Origin: an uncultured delta proteobacterium
GTDB lineage: Bacteria; Desulfobacterota; Binatia; DP-6
DNA: 64,000 nt
NCBI GenBank assembly: GCA_963815115.1
Contig: CAWFFN010000012.1
Span: forward strand, 608,001 to 672,000
Direction of reading: 5' to 3'
In this document: positions 48,837 through 58,061 of the stretch, one piece after another
Layout of the letters: the number at the start of each line of letters is the position of its first letter
Numbering within the stretch: the stretch's first letter is position 1
The notes under the pieces: model-generated
Databases searched by the model: none
Told to the model about the DNA's origin: nothing
Seen by the model: the letters and a program-made list of their open reading frames with translations, nothing else
Translations under genes and position numbers: made by a program

Positions 48837-50552
48837 CTATCCCGCCAGCCGCTGCCCGGACGGATGAATCTGGAAATCCGGGTAGCCCAGCGTGCCCATC
48901 TCGGGGCCGTCCAGCCCCTCCAGCTCCGTTTCCGCGCTCACGCGGATCGGCGTGATGAGATCGCTCAGCTTGAACCAGACGTACGCCATCAGGAAGCCGA
49001 ACACCGCCACCACCACGCAATCGATGGCCTGCATGATGAACTGCGAGAAGTCGCCATACAGCAGGCCGCGCACGCCATCCGACCCGTACGCCTGCACCAT
49101 CGCGTCGCGCACCACGCCGTTCCAGCCGGCGCCGTACTGACCCGTCGCGAAGATCCCGACGGAGAGCACGCCCCAGAGGCCGTTGACCCCGTGCACGGAG
49201 ATGGCCCCGACCGGGTCGTCGACGCCGCGAGCCTCGAAGAAGAAGACGCTCACGACCACCAACCAGCCGGCTACCGCACCGATCACGGCAGCCGCCCAGG
49301 GGTCGACGAACGCGCACGGCGCCGTGATCGCGACCAGGCCGGCGAGCATGCCGTTGCACATCATCGTGGGATCGGGCCGGAGCCCCCTCAGCATGAGCAC
49401 CACCATCGCGCCGAGGCAGCCCGTGATGCTGGCCAGCATCGTGTTCACCACGATGTAGCTGATCCGGAGGTCGGTTCCCGCCAGCGTCGAGCCCGGGTTG
49501 AAGCCGAACCACCCGAAGGCGAGGATGAACGTCCCGAGCACCACCATCGGGACATTGTGTCCCGGCATGGCCTGCGGCTTCCCCTTCGAGTCGTACTTGC
49601 CGATGCGCGCGCCGATGACCAGGGCTCCCGCGAGCCCGATGATCCCGCCCATCGCGTGCACGACGCCCGAGCCTGCGAAGTCCACCGCCCCGTGTCCCAG
49701 GCCCCAGTTGACGCCGCCCTGCGCCAGCCATCCACCGCCCCAGAGCCAGTTCGCGTAGATGCAGTACGGGAGCGCGATCCACAGGCCGTACAGGCAGAAG
49801 TTCTTCCACGCCCAGCGTTCGGCCATCGCTCCCGTCGGAATGGTCGCGGTGGTGTCCATGAAGACCATCATGAAGAAGAACAGCACCATCACGCTGACGT
49901 CGCCGACGGAGGTGCCGAGGAAGAAGCCCTTCGTCCCGATGATGCCATACGTGAATGCGCCTGTGGCGTTCCCGGCGGCGTCGGTGACGGCGCCCAGGCC
50001 GAGGCCGCTGTTCAGCACCGCCAGTCCGGGACCCAGCGAGGGATACCATCCCGGTGGCACCGGTCCGTTCCACCAGTTGCCCCAGCCGATGGCGAAGCCG
50101 TAGACCCAGAACCCGAGGCAGCCGAGCGGATAGATCATCAGGTTCATCGCCGAGGTGTGCGAGGCGTTCTTCGCCCGACACAGCCCGGTCTCGACGAACA
50201 TGAAGCCGGCCTGCATGAACATGACCAGGAAGCCCGCGACCAGGGCCCACACGTAATTGATCGCGTAGAGGTTGTGGACCACCCGATCGTAGACGTCGGT
50301 CACGGAGAGCGATCCGGGCACATCGCCCTTGCCGTCTCCTGCCGGGGTGGCCCACACGCCGGCTGCCCCGCCAGTCGGATCTGGCCACGCCGGCTTCGCG
50401 GCGTCCGGGCTCGTTGCCGTGAAGTAGCCGGGCAGCTGGGGCGCATCGTCCGCGCGTGCCACCCTGACGATCGAGGGCGCTGCAGCCGTGAGTAGGAACA
50501 GCGCCAGCACTCCTACAACTCGCTTCCGTGGGTTCACCATCGCGTTTTTCAC
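48837..50552 (-). CDS. amtB: Ammonium transporter (Amt family)
   Basis: FMQAGF, GAMAER, DFAGSGVVH, WFGFN, NGMLAGLVAIT, DDPVGAISVHG and EGLD..EMG..GY motifs. Start is GTG 50552 (AAGGAG RBS) or ATG 50540. Confidence 0.96.
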   Translation of the reverse strand: MKNAMVNPRKRVVGVLALFLLTAAAPSIVRVARADDAPQLPGYFTATSPDAAKPAWPDPTGGAAGVWATPAGDGKGDVPGSLSVTDVYDRVVHNLYAINYVWALVAGFLVMFMQAGFMFVETGLCRAKNASHTSAMNLMIYPLGCLGFWVYGFAIGWGNWWNGPVPPGWYPSLGPGLAVLNSGLGLGAVTDAAGNATGAFTYGIIGTKGFFLGTSVGDVSVMVLFFFMMVFMDTTATIPTGAMAERWAWKNFCLYGLWIALPYCIYANWLWGGGWLAQGGVNWGLGHGAVDFAGSGVVHAMGGIIGLAGALVIGARIGKYDSKGKPQAMPGHNVPMVVLGTFILAFGWFGFNPGSTLAGTDLRISYIVVNTMLASITGCLGAMVVLMLRGLRPDPTMMCNGMLAGLVAITAPCAFVDPWAAAVIGAVAGWLVVVSVFFFEARGVDDPVGAISVHGVNGLWGVLSVGIFATGQYGAGWNGVVRDAMVQAYGSDGVRGLLYGDFSQFIMQAIDCVVVAVFGFLMAYVWFKLSDLITPIRVSAETELEGLDGPEMGTLGYPDFQIHPSGQRLAG

Positions 50553-50631
50553 TCCCCGATCTCCTTGCGGTGAGATGGTCTTGCCGTCGTCCATGGCTTC
50601 ACTGCCCCGGTTCGGCGGCACGCAGCCAACG

Positions 50632-50647
50632 AGCAAGCAGGGTGCCA
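50632..50647 (-). promoter_or_regulatory. Sigma54 -24/-12 promoter of amtB
   Basis: Minus strand TGGCAC-CCTGC-TTGCT matches the consensus TGGCAC-N5-TTGCW; amt genes are classic sigma54/Ntr targets. Confidence 0.85.
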
Positions 50648-50843
50648 GCGGCCGAGAGATCGGCCAGTGATCCGGCAAAGGGCGGAAAACCGGGGGGAAT
50701 GCCCATAAATCGCGACTCGACCATGGAGGCGGGCAGGATCGAGAGATGGCGGGGCTGCTCAATGGATGAGCGAGCGCCCAGTCGTTGAGCAGTCGGCCAT
50801 CTGGTGCGGGCGCTCCCGGCCGGCAGCGGCGCGCGGGGCGCGA

Positions 50844-50999
50844 TCAGTGAGACGAACCGCCTCGCCTCCACCACACCAGGGCGCCGGCGACCAGCGCACC
50901 GATCGCAACGGGGATGGCCGGGGCGCCCAGGCCACCGATCAACACCACGGCGGCCACCAGGATGGCGCCCACCACGCTGCGCACCATGGGATCCTTCAT
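50844..50999 (-). CDS. Small two-TM membrane protein (51 aa)
   Basis: MKDPMVRSVVGAILVAAVVLIGGLGAPAIPVAIGALVAGALVWWRRGGSSH, with GC3-rich codons and a GAGGG RBS. Confidence 0.6.
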   Translation of the reverse strand: MKDPMVRSVVGAILVAAVVLIGGLGAPAIPVAIGALVAGALVWWRRGGSSH

Positions 51000-51109
51000 G
51001 ATCGCCCTCGCTGGAGATCGGGATAGCCGAGCGCTTTCATCCCCGGCAAGTGTCCCTCGGCCAGACCCCAGACGAGACGACGGGACACCCGGGTCGTCGT
51101 GATGCTCAC
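50996..51109 (-). CDS. Small ORF (37 aa) or remnant resembling the Amt C-terminal tail
   Basis: ITTTRVS...LPGMKALGYPDLQ aligns with ITPIRVS...GPEMGTLGYPDFQ of the adjacent AmtB. Its TGA overlaps the next ATG. Confidence 0.45.
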   Translation of the reverse strand: MSITTTRVSRRLVWGLAEGHLPGMKALGYPDLQRGRS

Positions 51110-51332
51110 GAGACGGGCGATCCGCTGCTCGCGTGGTCGACGGCGGCATTGCACCGCGAGCGACGAGCCAGCGCGACGCCGTTCAAAGATCGCACCACGG
51201 AGCCACGAGCCTGCCGCACGTCGCCGCCCGTCGAATGGGCGGCGGCCCCGGGGAAGCCGGCGCGCCACGAAGCCCTCGTTCGACGGAGGCGCCGTTCCAT
51301 CCGGGGGCGTATCCCTGGTAGATCCGGCTGCC

Positions 51333-52436
51333 ATGAAGCCCACGAGCTTCGACATGGAGCGGGGTATCGCGCGCTGTCGCATCTTCCTCTCCGTGGCTGC
51401 GATCCTCGCGTGGTACGTCGACCCGACCGATCCCTTGCTCACCCGCTGGCTCCCCCTCACGGGCGGCGCGTTCGCCATCGATCGATATTCGGTCACCGTG
51501 TTGCTGGCGCACCTCGGCTACAGCGTCACGATGGCGTGGGCACAAGGTCGTGCGGTCGTCCGGCCGGCTCGTCTGTCGACCATCGCCACCTGCATGGACG
51601 TCCTGTTCGGCGCCGCGATCGTCCTCGTCACCGAGGGAGCGACGAGCCTGTTCTACGCGTTCTTCGCGTTCGCCGTGCTGAGCGCGGGCCTGCGCTCGGG
51701 CCGGCGTGCCGCGCTGGCCGTCACGGCGGCGAGCATCCTGTTCTACGTGCTCCTGACCGCACTCGCGGCACGGGAGAACCACCACTTCTATGTCATGCGG
51801 GCCGCGTATCTCGCCATCACCGGCTATCTCGTCGGCTACCTCGGGCAGGAGCGGCTGAACCAGGAGGCCCGGCTGCGGGTCCTCGAGGGCAACGCGCAGC
51901 GCGAGCGCATCGCGCGTTCGCTGCACGACGGGTACGCGCAGGCCCTCGCCGGCGTCAACCTGCGGCTCGAGAGCTGCCAGGAGCTCTTCCGGCGCGGCCG
52001 GCAGGCGGACGCGATGGCCGACCTCGGTGAGCTCCAGTCCGGCGTACAGCGCGAGTATGACGAGCTGCGCGCGTACATCCGGTCGCTGGTCGAGGAGGCC
52101 GCGCCCGGTCCGATCGGCCCCCACGATGCGCCGCACTTCTCGGTGCACGCCGACTTCGCCGGCTCGGCTCCGTTCGTCGAGCACGTCCTCCACATCATGC
52201 TGGAAGGCACCCGCAACGTCCGCCGGCACGCCCGCGCCCGCTCCGCCGTGATCAGCGCCCGCACGGTCGCCGGCGAGCTGGTCCTCGCAATCGACGACGA
52301 CGGCGTCGGGTTCCCCGAGGGGACCGAGCCACCGTGGTCGATCGCGTCCCGGGTCAGCGAGTTCGGGGGCGAGCTCGTCCTCGGGAAGGAGGGACAGCCG
52401 GGCGGCCATCTGTTGATCCAGCTGCATCCGGCCTGA
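51333..52436 (+). CDS. Membrane sensor histidine kinase (HisKA_3/NarX-like)
   Basis: About five to six TM segments; ERIARSLHDG, EGTRNVRRHA and IDDDGVGF motifs. Confidence 0.92.
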   Translation: MKPTSFDMERGIARCRIFLSVAAILAWYVDPTDPLLTRWLPLTGGAFAIDRYSVTVLLAHLGYSVTMAWAQGRAVVRPARLSTIATCMDVLFGAAIVLVTEGATSLFYAFFAFAVLSAGLRSGRRAALAVTAASILFYVLLTALAARENHHFYVMRAAYLAITGYLVGYLGQERLNQEARLRVLEGNAQRERIARSLHDGYAQALAGVNLRLESCQELFRRGRQADAMADLGELQSGVQREYDELRAYIRSLVEEAAPGPIGPHDAPHFSVHADFAGSAPFVEHVLHIMLEGTRNVRRHARARSAVISARTVAGELVLAIDDDGVGFPEGTEPPWSIASRVSEFGGELVLGKEGQPGGHLLIQLHPA

Positions 52437-52437
52437 G

Positions 52438-53073
52438 ATGACGATGGCCATCCGGGTCATCATCGCGGACGACCACGCGCTGTTCCGTCAGGGGCTGAGG
52501 TCCATGCTCGCCTTGCAGCCCGACATCACCGTGACTGCCGAGCTGGAGCGGGCAAGCGAGCTCCTGCCGACGCTCGAGAACCACCGCTGCGACGTGCTCC
52601 TGCTCGACCTCCAGATGGAGCGCAACGCGCTCGCGGACATCGAGGCGCTGGCGGAGCGGGTCCCCATCGTCGTCGTCACCGCGAGCGAGCGATCCGAGGA
52701 CGCGCTGGCAGCCATCCGGGCGGGGGCGCGCGGCGTCGTCTGCAAGCGATTCGCTATCGAGACGCTGATGGCGGCCGTGCGCGCCGTCGCCGCGGGGGAG
52801 GTCTGGATGCCTCCGGCGCTCCAGGCGGCCGTCGCGGCCGGCCTGCGCGGGCCGGCGGGAGGCTCGCTCACCCGGCGGGAGCGCGAGATCGTGCGTCACG
52901 TCGCCCTGGGTCTCCGCAATGCCGAGGTGGGTAAGGAGCTCGGCATCGGCGAGGTCACCGTCAAGACGCACATCAACAACATCTTCCAGAAGCTGGGCAT
53001 CCGCGATCGCGTGGAGCTGGCGCTCTACGCGGTGAGAACCGGGATCATCGGGGTCCACGAGCGGCGCCTCTGA
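52438..53073 (+). CDS. NarL/LuxR-family response regulator
   Basis: IADDHALFRQG, LLLDLQM and LTRREREI...TVKTHINNIFQKL motifs. Confidence 0.95.
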   Translation: MTMAIRVIIADDHALFRQGLRSMLALQPDITVTAELERASELLPTLENHRCDVLLLDLQMERNALADIEALAERVPIVVVTASERSEDALAAIRAGARGVVCKRFAIETLMAAVRAVAAGEVWMPPALQAAVAAGLRGPAGGSLTRREREIVRHVALGLRNAEVGKELGIGEVTVKTHINNIFQKLGIRDRVELALYAVRTGIIGVHERRL

Positions 53074-53135
53074 GCGAGAGCTCGAGACGCGGCGAGGGTT
53101 GACGGCGCGGTGCCGCGTGCGGTCGGATCGCGCGC

Positions 53136-53903
53136 ATGGCCCATGACCCGCCCGAGCACGTCCGCCGCAACCGCGAGGTCTGGAACCGCTGGGCGGCCGA
53201 CTACGTGGAGCCCGGTCGGGCCCACTGGGCGCAAGCCGAGCCCCGGTGGGGCATCTGGGGTGTGCGCGAGTCGGCGCTCGGCATCCTTCCACCGGTCGCC
53301 GGCCTGGACACCATCGAGCTCGGCTGCGGTACGGGTTACGTCTCGGCATGGCTGGCACGGCGTGGCGCGCGACCCGTCGGGCTGGACGTCTCCTCCGCAC
53401 AGCTCGCCACCGCCCGCCGCTTCCAGCGCGAGTTCGGACTCGACTTCCCGCTCCTCCAGGCCAGCGCCGAGGCCGTGCCGCTCGCCGGCGAACGCTTCGA
53501 CCTCGCCATCTCGGAGTACGGCGCGTGTCTCTGGGCGGATCCGTACCGCTGGGTGCCGGAGGCGGCGCGGCTGCTCCGTCCCGGCGGATACCTCGTCTTT
53601 CTGACCAACGCCTTCCTGCTGGCGCTCTGCCTGCCCGACGCGGAGAACGCGGTTGCCGGCGACCGGCTGCTGCGCGAAGCCTTCGGCATGCACTGCCTGG
53701 CATGGAGCAGCGGCACCGAGGTCGAGTTTCACCTGCCGCACGGCGAATGGATCCGGCTGCTGCGTGCGAACGGCTTCGAGGTGGAGGAGCTGATCGAGGT
53801 GCGTCCGCCCGCGGACGCGACCTCGCGGTATCCGTTCGTGCCCCTGGACTGGGCGCGCCGCTGGCCGTGCGAGGAGGTGTGGAAGGCGAGGCGGAGGGCG
53901 TGA
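53136..53903 (+). CDS. Class I SAM-dependent methyltransferase
   Basis: IELGCGTG, GLDVS and RLLRPGG motifs. Confidence 0.92.
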   Translation: MAHDPPEHVRRNREVWNRWAADYVEPGRAHWAQAEPRWGIWGVRESALGILPPVAGLDTIELGCGTGYVSAWLARRGARPVGLDVSSAQLATARRFQREFGLDFPLLQASAEAVPLAGERFDLAISEYGACLWADPYRWVPEAARLLRPGGYLVFLTNAFLLALCLPDAENAVAGDRLLREAFGMHCLAWSSGTEVEFHLPHGEWIRLLRANGFEVEELIEVRPPADATSRYPFVPLDWARRWPCEEVWKARRRA

Positions 53904-53937
53904 ACCGCTCGCCGTCAGGGATGCCCGCCGTCGCGGA

Positions 53938-54228
53938 TCAGGTGGCGTGGCTCGCGGGGGATGGGCCGTGGCGGGCCTTCGACCTCGTGCGGGCCTTCGC
54001 CGCTTCCACCTCCCGGTCGCGCGGCGCCGCGCTGGTGACCAGCGAGTCCAGGAGCTCCCGGGCGGCACGGGTCACCTGATCCACGGCGTGCATGAAGGCA
54101 GGCTCGTTCGCCCGCGACGGCCTGGTGAAGCCGCTCAGCTTGCGCACGAACTGGAGGGACGACGCCCGGATCTCGTCCTCGGTGGCGGGCGGCCTGAAGT
54201 TATGCAGCGTCTTTATGTTCCGGCACAT
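53938..54228 (-). CDS. DUF2277 family protein
   Basis: MCRNIKTLHNFRPPATEDEIRASSLQFVRKLSG is the characteristic family N-terminus. Confidence 0.9.
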   Translation of the reverse strand: MCRNIKTLHNFRPPATEDEIRASSLQFVRKLSGFTRPSRANEPAFMHAVDQVTRAARELLDSLVTSAAPRDREVEAAKARTRSKARHGPSPASHAT

Positions 54229-54620
54229 CGGAGGTCCTCGGGGCGGCTGCCGTGCCCGGCGAGCCGGGTCTCGCGGCTCGAACGCCAGCGACGACCCGAT
54301 GAGGTAGTGCACCGGCGCAAGAGGGTCAATCCGGCCGGCGAACCGGTCGCCCGCGGCCGGAGTACGATCGCCGGGTCAGGCGACCGGCGCCGGACAGATC
54401 GCTCCCAAATGTCAACCCCGTCGCGCTCGCACGCGCGCACGGTGGAATCGTCTTGGAGGTGCGAGCCGTCGCGCGGTAGTCGCCGGCCAGGGCTCGTTCC
54501 CGGTCCCCAGGGCCGAGAAAGATCCTGCACAGAGTCTTTGCCTCTAACTTGGGGCTGGTATGTAAAGCCTGAGTATGTCATGGATCGGCGTGCTGCAGGA
54601 GATTCGCGGGAGATTTCGCC

Positions 54621-56840
54621 ATGGAGAACATTCTCAAGTGGTCGCTCGCCCTCGTCGCCGTCGCCCTGCTCCTGCCGGCACACGCAATGACCTGCACGAG
54701 CGACGACGATTGCGCCGATGGCAGCGCCTGCACGCTGAACGAGCGTTGCGACGGTGGGTTCTGCGTGAGCGACCCACTCGGCTGCGACGACGGGAATCCT
54801 TGCACCGCGGATTCGTGCGACGCGGTCGGCGGGTGCCAGCACGTCGATCAACCGGACGATTCCTCGTGCTCCGACGGAAACGTCTGTACCGGTGAGGAGA
54901 CCTGCCACAACGGGAGCTGCACGAATCCGCCCGACCTCGACTGCAACGACGGCAATCCCTGCACCGCGGACTCGTGCGCGACGCCGGGCGGCTGCCGCAA
55001 CACGCCGATCGCCGGTTGCTGCACGGCGAATTCCGACTGCTTCGATGGTAGCCACTGTACCACCAACGAGCGCTGCGACGGCGGCACGTGCGCCAGCGAC
55101 CCGGTCGACTGCAATGACGGCAACGCGTGCACCAACGACTCGTGCGATCCGGCGGTCGGCTGTCGCAACATCCCGGTGGTGGACGGGATCGCCTGCGGCG
55201 GTGACGGCGACGTGTGCAACGGCACCGAGACCTGCCAGGGCGGGAGCTGTGCGCCCGGCACGCCGCCGTCCTGCGACGACGACAACCCCTGCACGACGGA
55301 CGGATGCGATTCGGTCGCCGGGTGCACCGTGCAGACCATCCCGGGGTGCTGCAATACCGACGCGGACTGCACCGACTCCTCGGCCTGCACCGTCAACGAG
55401 CGCTGCGTCTCGCACGCGTGCGCGAGCGATCCGCTGACGTGCGACGACGGCAATCCGTGCACGACCGACAGCTGCAGCGCCGCGACCGGGTGTACCTTCA
55501 CCGCGGTGCCGAACGGACAGTCCTGCGGGGACCTCGATCCCTGCAACGGCCAGGAGAGCTGCCAGTCCGGGACGTGCGTCCAGGGGACGGCGCCGCTGTG
55601 CGACGACGGCAACCCCTGCACGGTCGACGCCTGCGACTCGGGCAGCGGATGCACGCACACGGCCGTCGCGGGCTGCTGCACGTCGGACGCGCAATGCGCC
55701 GACGGCGATGCCTGCACGGTGAACGAGCGCTGCGTCGCCGGAAGCTGCACGAGCGATCCGCGCAACTGCCAGGACGGCAACCCCTGTACCCAGGATGCCT
55801 GCGTCTCCGCGGTGGGGTGCGTGAACACCCCGCTGCTCGACGGCACCACCTGCCCCGACGGCAACCCGTGCAACGGCCATAACCTGTGCAGCTCCGGCGT
55901 CTGCCTTCCCGGCACGCCCCCCAATTGCAACGACAACAACCCCTGCACCAACGACTCCTGCAGCCCCGCGAGCGGCTGCCAGCATTCGGCGATCGCCGGG
56001 TGCTGCACCAGCGATGCGGACTGTGGGGACAGCGACCTGTGCACGCTGAACGAGCACTGCTTGCCGTCGCACACCTGCCAGAGCACGCCGCGCAACTGCG
56101 ACGACGGCAACGTCTGCACCGAGGACACCTGCAACCCGGCCTCCGGGTGCGTCCACTCCCCCGCCAACGGCCCGTGCAACGACGGCGATCTCTGCACCAG
56201 CAACGACAAGTGCAACGCCGGCAGCTGTGCCGGCGTACCCGTGGTCTGCAGCGACGGCAACTACTGTGACGGAACCGAGACCTGCAACGAGGCCACGGGG
56301 GCTTGCCAGGCCGGTGGGACGCTTCCCTGCTCGCCAGGCGGTCGCAGCCCGCTCCGCACCTGCACGGCGGAATGGTACGTCGACGATCCGAACAATCTCG
56401 GGGGAGCTCTGGCGAAGAAACACGTGTGCCGGCAGGGCGACTCGAGCTGCGATCACGACTCGTCGGCGACCACGTGTACCTTCCGGGTCGCCGTGTGCCT
56501 GCGCGTCCCCGACCCGCGCTTCGTTCCGGCGTGCACGCTCGCCGACGTGAGCGGCTACGAGCTGCCGCGGTCGCTGCTCAAGCGCAGCACCGGGATCGCG
56601 AGCGCCCTGATGGCCGCCCTCGATTCGCTGCCGGGCGCGCGCGTCGGCGGGATGTTCTCGAACTCCGTGACCTTCAGCCCGGTGGTCGACGAGACCGAGT
56701 GCACGCCGCTGTTCTCGGTGCCCGTGGCGCTCGGGAAGAAGCTGACGCTCAAGGGCATCGCGACGACGGTTCCAGGCGGAATACGAGGAACCGAGATCCG
56801 CGACAAGGACAAGCTGAAGCTGGCCTGCACGGCGGCGTGA
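54621..56840 (+). CDS. Secreted Cys-rich repeat protein (Dictyostelium CTDC-like repeats) with Lys-rich C-terminal domain
   Basis: GGAG RBS, signal peptide and many C-x-DGN-x-CT-x-D-x-C modules. Ends KKLTLKG...RDKDKLKLACTAA. Confidence 0.9.
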   Translation: MENILKWSLALVAVALLLPAHAMTCTSDDDCADGSACTLNERCDGGFCVSDPLGCDDGNPCTADSCDAVGGCQHVDQPDDSSCSDGNVCTGEETCHNGSCTNPPDLDCNDGNPCTADSCATPGGCRNTPIAGCCTANSDCFDGSHCTTNERCDGGTCASDPVDCNDGNACTNDSCDPAVGCRNIPVVDGIACGGDGDVCNGTETCQGGSCAPGTPPSCDDDNPCTTDGCDSVAGCTVQTIPGCCNTDADCTDSSACTVNERCVSHACASDPLTCDDGNPCTTDSCSAATGCTFTAVPNGQSCGDLDPCNGQESCQSGTCVQGTAPLCDDGNPCTVDACDSGSGCTHTAVAGCCTSDAQCADGDACTVNERCVAGSCTSDPRNCQDGNPCTQDACVSAVGCVNTPLLDGTTCPDGNPCNGHNLCSSGVCLPGTPPNCNDNNPCTNDSCSPASGCQHSAIAGCCTSDADCGDSDLCTLNEHCLPSHTCQSTPRNCDDGNVCTEDTCNPASGCVHSPANGPCNDGDLCTSNDKCNAGSCAGVPVVCSDGNYCDGTETCNEATGACQAGGTLPCSPGGRSPLRTCTAEWYVDDPNNLGGALAKKHVCRQGDSSCDHDSSATTCTFRVAVCLRVPDPRFVPACTLADVSGYELPRSLLKRSTGIASALMAALDSLPGARVGGMFSNSVTFSPVVDETECTPLFSVPVALGKKLTLKGIATTVPGGIRGTEIRDKDKLKLACTAA

Positions 56841-56977
56841 TCGAGCGGCCGTTCCGGCGCGCTCACTCGCTCGAAGGGTACCCGGTCACCGGAGCCGGGT
56901 GGCACGCTTCGTCAGGGCGACGGGGCCGGTATAGAGTCGTTGCGATTCCGCAAGCCCCGACACAGGAAGGTGCCCGG

Positions 56978-58048
56978 ATGGAGGCCGCGGCACCCGGCGT
57001 ACCCGGGACCCTCGCCGAGCCGGGACTGCCGATGCGGGCGGAGTTCTGCGGCAACGGGACCGAGTACTTCCGGATCTGGGTCGTGAACCTCCTGCTCAGC
57101 CTGGCGACCCTGGGCATCTACTCGGCATGGGCGAAGGTGCGGCGCGAGCGGTACTTCCATCGCAGCACCCGGCTCGCCGGGGCCTCCTTCGACTGGGATG
57201 CCAGGCCCGTCAGCATTCTGCGGGGGCGGATCCTGGCGATCGGGTTGATCGTCCTGGTGCAGGTGGCGGGCGTGTTCAGTCGGCTCGTCGCGGCGGCGTC
57301 GGTGGTCGCGCTCGCCGCCGCGGTTCCCTGGCTGCTGACCGCGGCCCTGCGGTTCCGCCTGTACCACACCGTGCATCGCGGCCTGCGATTCGGCTTCCGG
57401 GGGCAAGTGGGGGAGGCCGCGCGCGCGTTCCTTCTCTGGCCCGCGCTCGCCGCGCTCACGCTCGGAGCGCTCGCGCCGGCCGCGATCCAGAGACGGCAGC
57501 GCTTCGTCTACGGCAACGCGACCTTCGGGGCGAGCGCGTTCGAGAACGACCTGTCCGTCCGGCACGTCTACCGGGTCTGTGTCGGGGTGTCGCTCACGCT
57601 GCTCGCAACCATCGCCGTCCTGGTGGGACTGGTGTTTCTCGGCGGCGGCATCGAGGCGATGCGGAGCGCCTCGCCGTCGCGCCGCACGACTCTGGTGGTG
57701 TGCGCCGTGCTCGCGATGGTCGTGGGCCTCTCGACGACGGGCGCCGTCTACCGGGTGCGCCTCGCCAATCTCACGTGGAACCATCTGCGCCTCGGCCCGC
57801 ATCGCTTCCGCAGCGACCAGACGGTGCCGTCGTACCTGGCGCTCAACCTCGGCAACCTGATCGGGATGCTCGTGACGCTCGGTCTCTTCCGTCCCTGGGC
57901 CGCCGTACGCCGGGCACGCTACCGCGCCGGGCATCTCACCCTGCTGCCCGGCGCCAGCCTCGACGACCTGGTCGCAGGCGCCGGCGACCCTCAACCCGCG
58001 CTCGCCGACGAGGTCGCCGGCCTGCTCGGCTTCGACATCGGGTTCTGA
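56978..58048 (+). CDS. YjgN (DUF898) family membrane protein
   Basis: EYFRIWVVNLLLSLATLGIYSAWAKVR and TLGLFRPWAAVR motifs; ends FDIGF. Confidence 0.92.
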   Translation: MEAAAPGVPGTLAEPGLPMRAEFCGNGTEYFRIWVVNLLLSLATLGIYSAWAKVRRERYFHRSTRLAGASFDWDARPVSILRGRILAIGLIVLVQVAGVFSRLVAAASVVALAAAVPWLLTAALRFRLYHTVHRGLRFGFRGQVGEAARAFLLWPALAALTLGALAPAAIQRRQRFVYGNATFGASAFENDLSVRHVYRVCVGVSLTLLATIAVLVGLVFLGGGIEAMRSASPSRRTTLVVCAVLAMVVGLSTTGAVYRVRLANLTWNHLRLGPHRFRSDQTVPSYLALNLGNLIGMLVTLGLFRPWAAVRRARYRAGHLTLLPGASLDDLVAGAGDPQPALADEVAGLLGFDIGF

Positions 58049-58061
58049 GGCCTGCGGATCG

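Noticed and set aside
54690-56330. CRISPR-like or multiheme interpretation of the periodic sequence
   Set aside because: The repeats are degenerate in-frame Cys-rich coding modules without constant repeat and unique spacer structure, and they lack a CxxCH series.
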